From assembly GCF_964194155.1 (NCBI RefSeq), contig NC_135879.1, forward strand, positions 207,390,001-207,454,000: a DNA stretch of 64,000 nt. The letters are read 5' to 3'. The position numbers were made by a program, and so were the translations under genes. The DNA is from Cetorhinus maximus (Eukaryota). Below the pieces are notes generated by a model. That model was not told where the DNA came from, made no database searches, and worked only from the letters and a program-made list of their open reading frames with translations. Below, one piece after another: positions 62,451 to 64,000 of this stretch (position 1 is the first letter of the stretch; each line of letters begins with the position of its first letter).

Positions 62451-64000
62451 TATGCAGCTAACGTGCCAATAACCTATTATGCAGATTGGTCTGCTATGTA
62501 TTTTTTGATCTCCAGCTTTTATTTCAGATTTCTAACCCACGCAGTTCTTCTGCTTTTCATTTTATATGCAAATATAAAATTTTAGATTAAATTAGATCAA
62601 TTTGCATGTCTTGTAAACATGTCAGAGTATCAGCACTCTTACTGGGATCTAAAGTTGATCTTCCTGTAGAGGGCGAGCTCCCTGAATTTCAACCGAGTAA
62701 TCTTGGGCAGGAAGCACTTATACAGCCTCTAATGGAAAACCAGACAAGAAACAGACAAAAATAAATAGAATTGGGAGAGAAAAAAAACTACAATGCAGAA
62801 AGCTCTAATAGAAATGGAAACATTACAGGAAGATTCTTGACCTTATTCCCACTGAGTTGAGTCCATACATGTGTGACTGCTCCAGTACAGGACAGCCTGG
62901 TCATGACTGAGTCCTGTTTTTTACATCGAGTAAGCTAACTACAAGCTAGGACTTGTCAGAATTTAAAGTCCTGGCATTCAGATTCTGCCCAACATTTTCT
63001 CTCAATCCAGGAAGAGCATCATTTCAGGCTACTTTTGAGTATAAAATGGCTAATGGAGGCATCAAAATAACCACACAACAGTCAGTAAATTTTGTAAAGA
63101 GGAGTGCATGCATTCCTGAATTAACAGACTTGGACCTGCTGCTCACTAAATCACTGAAGTGTAAATGTTAGATTTATAGAAACATTGTTTTATGAGACAA
63201 ATTCACTTTAACGGTCCAACCGAGAACCAGTACAAAAACATACCAGTCATCCGAACAGAAGCACCAACACTTTTAAGGATATTTAAGACAAAGACTTACT
63301 GTGTCCAGGAACACACTGGTTTTTCTCCTGTAGCTCTGTAGGTAAGAGAAATGTCAGTGAAGGCTCCACCTCTGACTGTGCAATGAACAGTATCCGTCTT
63401 TGCACAGAGGGGAGGTGTGGCTTCCAGCAGCAATTTGAGAAACTCACCTCAGGCCAATTTTTAAAAAAAATTTGCATTTGGACACACATGACAGGGTTAC
63501 CTGCATAAGGAGAGTCGGGTCTCAAATTAACATTTCTAAGAGATATTTAGGTAATGTGGCCCATTCTGTCCCTTCCGCACACCAAAAATAAATTGAGGAA
63601 CCAGATGCTTGGAATATGTGTTTATAAGTTTTATCATTGGGAGCTTGAAGAAACAAAATTGGGACTTATGATACAAATCAGGAAATTTCACATGGCATTG
63701 CTAAGGAGAGGCAAGTACTTCTTGTTTATTTATTACCATCATCTTTTTTTGAAATTATTACAGGACTATAACCATTAGGTTAGAACTATAGGTAGACTTC
63801 ATGTGTGTGGAAGAGAAGAGCTTGTGTCACCCAACTGAAGCCCCTGGTTCAAGGCCTGCACTATTTTGAGGCTCGTGCATCATTTGTGAACCTCAGGCGC
63901 TGTTCAGGTGAGAATTAATGGCAGGGGGAAAAGGGCCTCTATGACACTCTGGAAGTGTCTTGCCTGTTGTAAAAGGTGTTTAAGGGATAGAAGTATGACA

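Overview
This is eukaryotic, repeat-rich genomic DNA, most likely from a cartilaginous fish (inferred from the repeat families present). It contains one recognisable host gene, RAB27B, on the minus strand. Five coding exons (35449-35297, 28496-28417, 24539-24436, 10068-9945, 8548-8359) have canonical GT-AG boundaries and consistent phases. They splice into an intact 651-nt ORF of 216 aa ending in CAC. The non-coding first exon and the poly(A) site could not be located. Most of the rest is decayed transposon sequence: CR1 LINE fragments, a second CR1-superclade LINE ('LINE-B', my label) with a partner tRNA-SINE, L2 and Deu-SINE remnants, PIF/Harbinger elements and MITEs, solo LTRs with TSDs, and Penelope-like fragments with minimal hammerhead-ribozyme motifs. 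The most unusual observations are a Harbinger MITE holding a rearranged copy of neighbouring intron DNA, a hammerhead variant with a possible pseudoknot, a hammerhead core in sense orientation within the last RAB27B intron, and multi-layer nested insertions. I found no convincing new multi-gene system; nearly all ORF-track calls are TE remnants or chance ORFs.
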